Shown here one piece after another: positions 1 through 11,577 of a stretch of DNA of 64,000 bases; position 1 is the stretch's first letter, and every line of letters starts with the position of its first letter. Below the pieces are notes generated by a model that saw only the letters and a program-made list of their open reading frames with translations, searched no databases and was not told the origin of the DNA. Source of the DNA: Podarcis bocagei (Eukaryota). Position numbers and translations under genes: made by a program. The stretch lies in assembly GCA_964188305.1 (NCBI GenBank), contig OZ076896.1; one strand, 5' to 3'.

Positions 1-953
1 TTTCTTGACAATCAAACATTCTCACTTTGAATGTTTGAACACACACACTCCCCTCTTAATCACTTCAATTTTCAGGTGGGCATCTCAGTTCCAACCCCTT
101 AGCTGCTGTCATCTCCTTACTTAAACCATACCAAAATATGTGATAAAACCCACATTCAGCTTAAATAAATGATGAAATTCATACTAATTTTAATGAATTG
201 GGATTTTAAAAATTAAATTTATATACCAATCAAAGATCACAGGGTGTTTTATAGGATTGCAGTCTATATCAGGAATTAAGTAAATACAGTGATGGAAAAG
301 GGAAAAATGAACATGGATAAAACTATGTGGGGAAAATATGGCTTGGTGTTGTGGGTTATCTTTGCCACTTCATAGGTGGCTAAACATTCCTGTTTGAAGT
401 AATTTGTGATCATTGACATAGAAACACAATCATAGCAGCTTTAAGCTTAAAATAAAACACTTACATCAGGTTATAAAGTTTTACTGTTGCATTATACAGT
501 TGAATTAAGTATTTTCTGCTTTTTTATGTGATTTTTTTCAAGGAAACATATTTTCATCTTCAAAGGATTTCTGCGGGGGAAACTTTAAAAACACAACAGA
601 AATGTCAAAAATTAAAAAGCGAATAAAAAGATTCATCATATTAATAATTTCACCTCTTTACACTTCTAAGGCATGCTTATGTTGACAATACTGTTATATA
701 GCTTCAGATTATGAAAGGCAACAGATGTTGAAATTATTGTTCATGGTAAATGGTTTGCAAGATTAGAAAACACCCAGTCTTTCTTCTAAAACACATACAA
801 GGTGATGTAATTAGCTAGGAATAGGTTTCTCTGCTGAATCAGAAGCTGCAACCTAAGCATACATAGCCAAATAGCTTCCACTGAAATTCCTAAGGTTTCT
901 GAATAAACATGTTGGTTCAGGATGTAAGACCTACTAAAAACAGTCAGATTTAC

Positions 954-1108
954 TTATGAGTGTGCTTAAAATAATATTCCTCAAAGTATAGATATTGGAA
1001 TGGCATCACATGATTGTTTTTGTGATATTTATTTTCTTCTGTAATGGGAAGAAATTGATTCCAAATGTGTTGTCTTGACCCCGTACTCCATACATGGTAG
1101 TGCCTAAC
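954..1108 (-). pseudogene. Candidate exon, open frame VRHYHVWSTGSRQHIWNQF...EEYYFKHTH
   Basis: catttaag|GTT acceptor and AA|gtaaat donor; 51 codons with no stop (ORF track 950..1159). Confidence 0.4.
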
Positions 1109-1166
1109 CTTAAATGATGCTTCTCCAGTCTCGGCTGTATTTACAGTAATTACGTGCATAATGTAG

Positions 1167-1584
1167 NNNNNNNNNNNNNNNNNNNNNNNNNNNNNNNNNN
1201 NNNNNNNNNNNNNNNNNNNNNNNNNNNNNNNNNNNNNNNNNNNNNNNNNNNNNNNNNNNNNNNNNNNNNNNNNNNNNNNNNNNNNNNNNNNNNNNNNNNN
1301 NNNNNNNNNNNNNNNNNNNNNNNNNNNNNNNNNNNNNNNNNNNNNNNNNNNNNNNNNNNNNNNNNNNNNNNNNNNNNNNNNNNNNNNNNNNNNNNNNNNN
1401 NNNNNNNNNNNNNNNNNNNNNNNNNNNNNNNNNNNNNNNNNNNNNNNNNNNNNNNNNNNNNNNNNNNNNNNNNNNNNNNNNNNNNNNNNNNNNNNNNNNN
1501 NNNNNNNNNNNNNNNNNNNNNNNNNNNNNNNNNNNNNNNNNNNNNNNNNNNNNNNNNNNNNNNNNNNNNNNNNNNNNNNNNNNN
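1167..1584. other. Assembly gap
   Basis: Run of N. Confidence 0.99.
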
Positions 1585-3125
1585 GCTGGGATGTCTAGTG
1601 CTTCAATTCATGTTAGTTTCTGTAAGATAAGCACGTAGGAAGCTACCATCATGCAACCTGTATATACACCATGGAGATGTTGTAAGTGACACTAACGTAC
1701 AGAAACAAAATATGTAAGATATCTATATCGGCCAACGCTCTATTGGTAATCAAGGATGAAGACAATGAATTACACAGAACTCTTTAACAAGTGATAACAT
1801 GCTTGTTACAACAGAAGTTGGGCTAGTCATATTGCTCAATTTATGTATTTTGTAGCTGTAATTTTTGTGGGGCAAACATAAGCTACTGGCCCCCAAAGAC
1901 CTCAAAATCTGCTACAATTTTTCAGATCTGCAATAAGGTGGAACTCTTGATCTGGAGCCTTCAGAATAGCTGCTCTTAACCTGTACCCTGCTGCTCTTAA
2001 CAATTGCCATTTGTCACGTAAAGGTAATATGGAACATTGCAGCTTCTAATACTGTAGAACCCAGGATGCTGGTGGCTTATGTCTGTGTATTATCCCAGAG
2101 TGATCTCTTCATGGTAGCTAAAAGCAGTTCCCTGAGAAGGTGAAAATCTTATGGGGAGAACTACAGCTTATCTTCAGTGGTTAAATACTGTGGCAGTGCA
2201 TGCCCAAGTCCTAATGCCACATTCCTGAAACTATTTGTTTGGGTAAATGTTCGGATTCGTTTGCAAATATGTGGCTTCTGTAGTCTTCCAGTAAAATCAG
2301 TGTAGTTTATTTACTTCTGAGACAATATGTTTAGAATAATAAAAATAATTGTAGACTGCCTGATACCCGTAGATCTCAGGGCAGTTCACAACATAAAGTT
2401 ACAATGTAAAAACACATATACATCATAATAATAAAAATAAAGACAACCTAATGTGGATGCTATATCATATGACTTAAGCAGCTGCATTGGGCAATGGAAC
2501 TCTGCAGGGCATGCCCCCATGGGAACCTCCCTGCCCCTGCCGCCACCAGGGTCATGTAGCTGCAGCTTCCAGCCAAATCTTCTGATAATTCTGCAAGATC
2601 TCATAAGATCTTACCAGAAGCAACCACGTGACCCCAGTAAGCGAGGCTTCAGTGGGGACAACTTCCTGTCTTGCCTCAGGTGGCAAAACAGGGTTCTCTC
2701 CTATTTATTTCAAATTTTTAAAACCCTCGTAAGGCTGCTTCACATCATAAAAACTAATCAAAATACAAATGAGTCACCAATATTAAGCCCAGCATCATGA
2801 TACTAAATTCAAATCAAGTGATTGCTGTATAGCTAAACTGCTAGGGAAGGGAAGAATGGTGCTATATACAGGTAGCAAGAGGATGTGGTTTTCTGGATCC
2901 AAGCACCATGCAGATTCACTGACTTCTTACCATGCCCTTTGACAGCTGCTCATTCTTGCATTTAGTTAAATATGTTCAGTTATATAGGTCACCTCCACTA
3001 TAGCTTTATGGTGCTAAATATTTGCAGAAAAGCTGTAGAAATTAGTCTCTTGGAGATATGTTTTAAATATTCAGATTACTGAAGTGTGGATTAGTGAAGT
3101 TCGGCTGTTACATTAAGAAATAAAA

Positions 3126-3410
3126 TCAATGTTCCCTTATTTCTAGATAGTTTTGAAATTTGAGCGGGGGAGAGTTGAATATTACTTGAAGATGTTGGCA
3201 CCATAAATCTAATACTGCTGTGAGCTTAGTAGATGCATAAAACCAATTCATATTATGTCTCAGCATGAGTTTATATCTTCTAATTAGTACCACCATTTTA
3301 TGTAGAGCACATGCTATGAAAGTTTGTTTGTCGTGTCAACAGAGACCAAAGGACATACAGTAGTTCTCTGCTAGAGTAAGAGGACTATGTGGAAACAAAA
3401 GGCTTGTACC
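3126..3410 (-). pseudogene. Candidate exon(s), GTSLLFPHSPL...GLC*HDKQTF...YLEIREH
   Basis: ctactgcttag|GGT acceptor; only one internal stop in 94 codons of AT-rich DNA; donor not defined. Confidence 0.3.
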
Positions 3411-4245
3411 CTAAGCAGTAGGTAATCAGAAAAGAATGTAAAAGAATTAAGTACTGTTGTGGAGATAAAGTTATACCCATTTTGCAATGAGCATAGGTGG
3501 TTCTCATGATATTATTTTTCCCATTATTAATTAGACTTCAATAAAGTACTGTTCTTTAAAAAGTGAATGAAAACATTAAAAGCTTAAAAGCTTCTATTCT
3601 GACAATTGAAAAGTAAAATTTTATGATAATCAAATGCTAATCATATCACTTAGCAGATGACTGAAGAAAGTAGTGTATTTTGAATAGAGGCATAAATTAT
3701 AAATTGTAAACAGTGCATGGGGGATATATTGTAACTGCGTCTCATTTAAATTAAGACAGGGAGCTTTTTCTGAAACAGATTATGTGACTTCATTAAGTTT
3801 TAAAATCCACTTTATAATGTTTTATTAAGATCTTTTGGCAACAGGCTACAAACCCCCATGCTATAGCAGTTCAAAGTTGTATAAAGAACTTGGCTATAGC
3901 TCACGAGCACATTCATATATTCCAATATTATTTCTACACTTTTCTGTGCTGTTATATAATAAATGTACCTCTCTAATGCTTCTCTCCTTGCCCACAAATA
4001 TGTTTTTGCTTTTTAAAAAACTAAAAAACATCTCAAACATTTACATGATCAATGCTTTTTGCTTGAGGGATAAAGTTTGCTCTTCCATGGACAAGTGAGA
4101 ACATATTGATCATTTTATTCTATTTGCTATTTCTAAATTCAATATACCTCTTGAGTCGATAAGCGAGATCGAGAGCATATTCTTTTTTTGTGTGTGCCTG
4201 CTTGTAGCTTGTTCTCAAGATTCAAGATACATTTTTGATTAATCA

Positions 4246-4457
4246 NNNNNNNNNNNNNNNNNNNNNNNNNNNNNNNNNNNNNNNNNNNNNNNNNNNNNNN
4301 NNNNNNNNNNNNNNNNNNNNNNNNNNNNNNNNNNNNNNNNNNNNNNNNNNNNNNNNNNNNNNNNNNNNNNNNNNNNNNNNNNNNNNNNNNNNNNNNNNNN
4401 NNNNNNNNNNNNNNNNNNNNNNNNNNNNNNNNNNNNNNNNNNNNNNNNNNNNNNNNN
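4246..4457. other. Assembly gap
   Basis: Run of N. Confidence 0.99.
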
Positions 4458-4841
4458 TGAAAGAAATAGTGTATGTTTTAATTGAAACTTTTAAGACAAA
4501 CTTTACTCTTCTTAATTTTACTCATTATTAATGCAGATGAATTCACTGCTTCTAGTGCCATGTTAGCTCACTAACTTTGCTTCTTCTTACAGTTTTGAAA
4601 AAATATATATTGCCATATAAATTCCATTTTGTTATTTCTTTCCATGCTAATATTCATTTAACATTGTCATTGTGTGAGAGGGAAACAAGGATGTTTTTGT
4701 TTTGTTTTTCTAGTTTCAATGCCCGTGGGGCTGAATTCTCAGTACAAACTAGAAGTTCCAACTGTGGGATTGGAAGGAATTGTTGAACATTTTTATTTCA
4801 CATTTGTCTTCAAAATAATAGTTCTGAGCCTACAGAAAGTG

Positions 4842-5040
4842 TCATATAATGTAACCTACAAGTATGTCTCCCTTTTGACTTCTGAATACCTGTTTAATCA
4901 CATTTGCCACATCTATAGCAATTTGTCTTCTATTACTAGACAGTACATAAATAAGAAATAGTGGCGCAGTTGGTCTGTTAACACCTGGAGAACATTTTGT
5001 ATCAAGCCTGTCTATGATTTGTAATGCTACAGGCAAAAGC
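4842..5040 (-). pseudogene. Candidate exon with DEAH-helicase motif Ia-like segment (RRQIAIDVANVIKQVFRSQKGDILVGYII*)
   Basis: gatacag|G acceptor; open frame = ORF track 4842..5036; spacing resembles DEAH RRxxAxxVAxxxxxxxxxxxGxxVGYxIR. Confidence 0.4.
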
Positions 5041-5164
5041 CTGTATCATATGGTGGTGCATAAATAAGTGAAAGCTCTCTGGGCTACTTGAGGACTTTGT
5101 TGTAAAACACCTAAAATCAGGGCCTTTCTTCACCTTGTCATAGATTGTTCTCTGCTTTAAACAC

Positions 5165-5399
5165 CTTGATCTACTTTTTCTTTCCTCTTAAAAAGTTCAT
5201 ACTGTCATGGGTAAATCAATGGGGCTAATTAGACACAACAATGCTGTTAAAAATGGAGAGGGAGAAAATAACACATCTGTCATGAACTCCCTCTTGGAAA
5301 TGAGACATTTTAAATATTTTATGTTGAACACAAAATATCTTGAGGAGATTGTTTCATATTCTGTATTCCAACACAAACCTCTGTGTGAGAAGAATAATC
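5165..5399 (-). pseudogene. Candidate exon, LFFSHRGLCWNTEY...PIDLPMTV*TF*EERKSRS
   Basis: ttcaagcag|GA acceptor; 66 open codons, then 2 stops; AG|gtgttt donor joins in frame to the 5040 segment. Confidence 0.35.
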
Positions 5400-5474
5400 C
5401 TGCTTGAACAAACCATTTAAACAGTTATTTTTTAAAAGGAAAAAAGCTTCATAATGTGTTCAATATCTCTTTTA

Positions 5475-6701
5475 CTAAAGAATATATAGTACATAAAATG
5501 TTTTATCACAGATAATGTATTCAAAATTTACATTTGGAGGCTTTTGGCACCCTAGCAACTTGTCCGTGTTGCGCCACTGCATAGAGGAAAACATGTAATT
5601 TGGCATCATAAGATGAGAAAGAGCACTGGAAAATCTTGCCAACAGAAAGAACATTCTCATTCCAATTATTTCTCTTCAGCCAACATCTAAATCAAATTGA
5701 ATACAAATATTTTGCCCATTAGACTAATCTGAATTGTATTTCTAGCAGTTTTTCCTGCAAGATATATTTTCTCCTAAGAAAAATATTTAACACATTTATA
5801 TCATACTTTTCAATGACGTGAAACATTTCCTGTTTTCAGCTTGCATAATTTGTGCATCTGCATGTGTTATGCACCTGTGAGTTTGAATTAGAGCATTTGA
5901 AGCAATGTATTTAGGTTAACAGAACAGTAGTAGCAAAAACTGAGTGATGGAAAAGAAAGTGTCCTACATGCTAGAATGACACAAATTCCATAAGTTGTGC
6001 ATTCATTAATTTCTAAGTCATGTATGTAAAGCATCTGAGCATGGACATATTCCTTGCTGTGTTTTTTAAAATCCTTACTAAGAAGAGAAATGTCCCTACC
6101 TGACTTTTTTTTAAAGGTTTCTCCATTAAGACCATTCTGTCCCTTCCGTGAAAACATATATTTCATCTTTGACAACTGTTTCATGGCACTTGGTGTTACT
6201 GATGGTGCATGCACAACTTCTTCTTTCTCCTTTTTTTTTTAACCCCAGGACAGCTGCCAACTGCAGCTGACCCTGCTGTGTTTTCAGCTCCAGTACATCT
6301 TATAAAATAAAGTAGTGTTGTCATGCTGGAAACATATTTGAGGAAATAATTCATGACTATAGTTCACCAGACTGAAAGAGAGGCTCTGCATAGTGTAGAA
6401 ATTATCTTTTGGTTTCTGAGTGAATGGTGACAACCAAAACACTCCATAAGACCCAGTTCAAGGAAGAGAGTAGGCATGAGTTTTGGCAAATATTGCCACT
6501 TCTGCCCTCTGGCTTAGTTTAAATGCTAAAGCAGGATGAAAAATAAGCACAGTGGTGATCAGAGAACTGAATATTCTGAATAAACTCTTTATCCAGAGAG
6601 AGAACTCTGAATGATCAAAGTCATGCTTCATAACATGCATTCTGTTTGTCTATCAGCAAATGTACTTACATATGCCAAATTCTCAGAATCCTGGCTTTAC
6701 A
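5475..6701 (-). pseudogene. Cluster of five phase-compatible candidate exons (6701-6670, 6525-6368, 6298-6100, 6012-5875, 5773-~5500)
   Basis: Canonical GT/AG boundaries, introns of 69-144 nt; splicing joins three separate ORF-track frames (6458..6640, 5888..6214, 5475..5660) into one frame with 8 internal stops. Confidence 0.5.
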
Positions 6702-8134
6702 CTAAAACAAGCAGGCTTCTTGCACTCATTGAGGAGGAGAAAACGGTCAAATATTTTCAAGCTCAAAAACTGGAGATCTGATTGTGATCATGCTCTCAGT
6801 CCCTATGCCTGTTACTCGCAGACCTTTTTCTCCATCTTTATGCATTTCATTTGTATGGCCTCAACTAAATCATTCCCCTTCCATGGCCATAGTTACAAAC
6901 TTCCTGCATTAGAACTTCCTGCACAGATAGTACTTCCATGTAGGAAATTGCCTTTCACAGTTTAATGAACAGTCACATGTGACAAATGACACTTGTGTAA
7001 TTTGCTGCATGCACATGGTAAGGAACTCTGATTGGTTTCCTCTGAAATAGACTCAACTGAGTTTGCCTTCTGTGGTTCTGTGTATACAAGGTGTATGCAT
7101 TTTCATATGCAGAAATTATATCTAAATAGGATATTCATATGCTGTAGTCCTGATAAAATAAAAGACCATCAGTTATATTTTATTGCATTTAAAAATACAT
7201 CAATATTCTGATTTATAGGAAATTAAGAGAATATTCTGCTTGGTCATTCCAACATGTAATTTTCTGTATTGTGAACCTTTTCCTATTATTTTGCTTTTCC
7301 TCTCCTCCTTTTAGCGTTGATAGATTTTGGGAGCAATAACATTAAGTTAGTATCTTTTTAGATACTTTTCCTGGTTCGATGTCAATAGTTTAGGAGTGGG
7401 AAGTCTCTGGGAGAAACAAATGTCATATGAACATCAACTGCATCCTTTTCATGTAGCTTTCCATCACTTTACAATCTTATGCTGAATGGAAACTGAATAT
7501 GTTTGCAACCAAGCTACTTATGAACAGTGCCATTTCTATGTTCTCAAAGAAAGTGTAGCAGGAAGAAGTATGTTTTTGGAATATGCCAAAGGATAAATGG
7601 TCTTTCTATGTAGCTTGAATAATTAGCTGTCCAATGAAGTTATCGGACAGGCACAAAGATAAACTGTGTTAGCGGATAAGAAAACTTTCAAAAGCAAAAC
7701 CTTTTAGACATATGGAATACATAGGGCAACACTTAATTTGTCCTATTATTTTCTTCTACATAAGTGTCACACAAAATATGTAGACTAGATTGTTGGATGT
7801 CTGTTGAAGATGCAGGTTTGAGAGTGACAAATGAGATTTACACTTCAAGTGGTGGGTTGTTCAGTTATATAAATATAGCCTAGTGATTAAAAGTCTTTGT
7901 GCTAATGTGCTAGCTCCTAGCACCATCATTATCAGCAATGTAATAAGCCCAGCTTTAGTTAATTTAGCATCTAAAACAGAAGCATACATTTTATTGCCTT
8001 ATCTGTGCCTTATCTGTAGTAAATTGTATATGAACTGGATCCAGCCAATGTTTCAGATCCTAACCCCACCCCACCCCCATAGACTAACTTTGACAGGTGA
8101 ATGGGGCCACCTTGTATCGTTATGAAGTTATGTG

Positions 8135-8301
8135 ACTTTGCAGATGTTCACTATAACTGCCAATCACCTGATAGATGGTTACTGCAAGCCCCTTTGATGA
8201 TGTAGCATCAGGACCCATCAGCTGACTGGTGCTGAGAGCACACCTTCAAAGGGAGTTTCTATAACTGCTGATTGGCAGTTACAGTGAACACCTTTGAAGT
8301 C
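8135..8301. repeat. Imperfect ~165 bp palindrome (probable old foldback MITE)
   Basis: tgttcactataactgccaatca (8145-8166) pairs with tgattggcagttacagtgaaca (8269-8290) with 1 mismatch; inner arms ccctttga/tcaaaggg; centre tcagctga. Confidence 0.75.
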
Positions 8302-9020
8302 CATCCGCAGGTGTGGTTAAAATTCAAACCACATCTGCAAACAGTCATTTCTCCTCTGCAAACCAGCAAGTTTATTGGGGCCAAAAGTGTGTCTTCAATG
8401 GGGCTTGCTGACAGTGCCAGTCTGCTGATCAGTACTGACAGCTACCCCCATCAGCTGCATTAGGGGTCTTCCAGTGGGAACAATCGGGAACTCACTTTAA
8501 GTTTCCACTTGTTCCTTTAGATTGTTTTTTACCTGCCCCACATGACACCATGCATGGGGGAAAGTGGTTGTGATTTGAATAAAACATGCTCCTGGGCTAA
8601 ACTGGGAACTGTGCTGAGCCTAATTAGGCCTATGGGCAGGAGGTTCCCCAACCCTGCAGAAACTGCTCAGAAACCCTATTCTTCTATCTTACATAAGCAG
8701 CTCCTTCCCCATCTTCCCTGGAGCTACTTAAGAAAGACCTGTGTGCCCTAAGGGAAGGCAGAAGTAAGGGAGCCCAGACCAGGTTGCACACACACCATCA
8801 GCTCCTGATAGAACATTCTATGGCCTGAGAGAAATGTTGGAGCAGCTCCTATCTTCCTGGAGTTCTGTGTGCCCTGAGGAAAGATGAAAGCCCAGTCCAG
8901 GAAGCTTGTGCCATCATCTCTCACTTAGCCTGAGAGGATTTTGTCATGCCACATTTTATATAATATATTTGTTTTAGTACTTTAAAAGTAAAAACTGCCT
9001 CAAGTGCCTTGGCACAGAGG

Positions 9021-9022
<2 letters not shown>

Positions 9023-9062
<40 letters not shown>

Positions 9063-9068
9063 ACACAC
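9023..9068. repeat. (GT)n microsatellite followed by (AC)4
   Basis: Direct observation. Confidence 0.97.
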
Positions 9069-9220
9069 TACTAGTTTCCAGGCTGTCTGGCAGTCAAAAA
9101 CCTTTACTAGTCCCCCCCCCTTCCAGCACTATCTGAAGGCTGTTGCCATGGCTAAGGAATGGAACCAAGAAGAGCTTTGCTGCAGACCAGGTGTGAGTCT
9201 CATTGTCTCTTCCCCATCTC

Positions 9221-9381
9221 CAGTGCTTTTTTTCTGGGGTATGCGTACCCCTAAACATTTTGTGAATCTTTGTACTTTTGTAATTTTGTAATTTATTTTT
9301 CCCAATTTGAACTATAAAATGGTGGTTTTCTTGAGTCAAAATGAGAGTACCCCTAAACATTTTTTTAGAAAGAAAGTACTC
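9221..9381. mobile_element. Short non-autonomous DNA transposon (hAT-like MITE), decayed
   Basis: Imperfect terminal inverted repeats cagtgctttttttctg / tagaaagaaagtactc; internal direct repeat gtacccctaaacattt twice; TSD not clear. Confidence 0.55.
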
Positions 9382-10798
9382 AGCATTGCCCCTGAGTAAC
9401 GGAGGCAAGGAGAAGTATCTTTGTAAGTGGGGGGAGGGGAGGTTCCTCTCCTTTCACCATGGTGGCAAAGGGAAAGGTTGAGCCATCTAGGTAGCCACCT
9501 TACCACAGTGCCACCTGTTTTTGACCCAATCTGTAACCTTCCGCTACAGACATTAATGGAGCCAGTTAATTCTGTGACAGTTCCTTTTTTGTGTGTGTGT
9601 GTGGCAGAAAATGAACCAAAGCTCTCAAGGACACCATTTGAGTGGAGGAAAAATCTATAGCCATTGAGTGAGGGCAAAAGAGAGGCCATTCACTTTCATT
9701 AGAGGAAATATCTCACTATACTTGGTAACACATTTGGAAGTAAGGCAAAAACCCTACAGTACTTATAATAGGTCACTTGATTCAGGGATTTCCTCATCCC
9801 AACTGCATACCCCGGTAGCAATTTATTGTCATAAATTTCAGTAGTTCCCATTGATATCTGTGGGGCAAAGTACGGTAAAGGGCCTGCAATATGCAACACA
9901 GCTGAAGGGTCTCTAGTGTCACAAGCAGGTTGGGGAGACACTTTTATTTCATTTTCCCTAATGAGAAAAGGACACTCAAGGACACTGGTGATGGTGTCAC
10001 CAAACACTGACAACTTCACCTTTGCTGTTATAGGGTTGTAAGGGGGACTAGCCCAGTCAGGAGCAGAGACCATTGACCTCCACATTTTATCATGGCCTCA
10101 TTGAGTCAGTGATTATATTCCAGATTTCATAATTGCCTCGGAGTGGGCAACTCTATGTATTTCAATGGGTGGAGAATTCAATAGACTGTCCCCTAACAAA
10201 TTTATAATATGGTTTTTTTTAAAAAGCATTTCTGCTGAAGCTAATAAAGTACACAGTCCAGTTCATGGGATTATTCTCAATATTCTGCTCTTATTACTGG
10301 AGACTTGCAGTCAAAGATGCGATGGTTTATAACAGATAAGCTCTGTAGGCAGTGATATTACTGTGGCAATATGCAAGAAAGTACAAAGGTAATGTTCATG
10401 CTGCCATGGAGCTTTGAGATAGAATTAGATGATCCATAACTAAAAGGTCCATAAACCAAGCCTATTCCTCCAGCCCCTAGCGTCACATTAGAAACTGCAA
10501 ATGAAAGACCTTGTAGGACTGACAACAAACTGCTTTTCTAGAAATCTAACCGTACAGATTCATTTGCCTGTAAGATTTTCATTTTTACGACAGTGTAGGG
10601 AAATTCCAGTTCTGTTCATACAGCCAATTATTGATACCAGGTTTTCTAGTCAAGCACACCCTATTTTTTCCTGTTCTCTCTTTCTCCCCCCACCCCAGTA
10701 TTCTAAATTCAGCCTAATAAGCTCATCATGACCTGATAAGAGACTCAAATTTAAAACAGGAAACAGAATAGAAATGGGTAGTGAACTGACATAGAAGT

Positions 10799-10978
10799 GG
10801 GGCCATAGATCCATGGTAGAGCACGTGTTTTGCATGCTGAAGCTTCCAGGTTCAGATCCCAGCATCTCCAGGTAGGATTGTGAAAGTCCTTTCTCTGAAA
10901 ACCCTGGATAAATAACCACTGCCAGTCACAATACAGGCTCAATGCTCTGACTCTGTATAAGGCAGTTTCTTGTGTTCC
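10799..10978 (+). mobile_element. tRNA-derived SINE (squamate type)
   Basis: Head ggggccatagatccatggtagagcac...ccaggttcagatcccagcatctcca resembles tRNA-Ala with A/B boxes; LINE-like tail ctgactctgtataaggcagtttcttgtgttcc. Confidence 0.8.
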
Positions 10979-11531
10979 CATGACCTTCATTGGGATCATT
11001 GGCGAGGTACACGATGGAAAATCTATTCAGAACAAATGATAGACAAGGGAAGTATGTTATTCCAGTACTATCCCTAGTTTAAGCCAAGCATCAGCAAGAA
11101 ATAGTGCAGTGGAAGCAGGGCCTCATCAGCTGACATGAATGGAGAAATAATGCTAGAGGCTGATTCATATTTCTGAAAATTACCTCTAATTTAGTAATCT
11201 CTTCCTTCTTCTATATGAACCACTCACAATACATGATGGAAGCACATGGAAGATTGGCTTCTCAACATACTGAAAATAAATAATGTAATGCAAAATTTGT
11301 TAGGTACTGTATATATCTATCCAGAATTGACTGCTAGGGCAGTTACAGGTTTTGAGAGGTTAGCCATATTTGTATCTAATAAATCTAAAGGTGTCTAGGG
11401 TCTGGAACTATCTTGGAAAAGTCTCCTGGGAGCAAAATAGTCTGGGAATAGGACATGGGTTGTAGGATCTGCACTAGATTTAGGGTGGTGTGGGTGCTTC
11501 CTCTGCACAGGGCACCAAGCTGAGGGGGTGC

Positions 11532-11576
<45 letters not shown>
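11532..11576. repeat. (AAT)n microsatellite
   Basis: Direct observation. Confidence 0.97.

Positions 11577-11577
<1 letters not shown>

Noticed and set aside
120-582. Small exon-like segments (582-465, 389-~288, ~159-121)
   Set aside because: Splice sites are plausible but all frames contain stops and no frame could be preferred.
7277-7663. Exon-like segment FIFVPVR*LHWT... with a strong acceptor
   Set aside because: 8 stops in 129 codons is background level and a shifted frame read equally well; not supportable as a separate feature.
10799-10870. tRNA-Ala gene
   Set aside because: Degenerate stems and a LINE-like tail show it is a SINE head.
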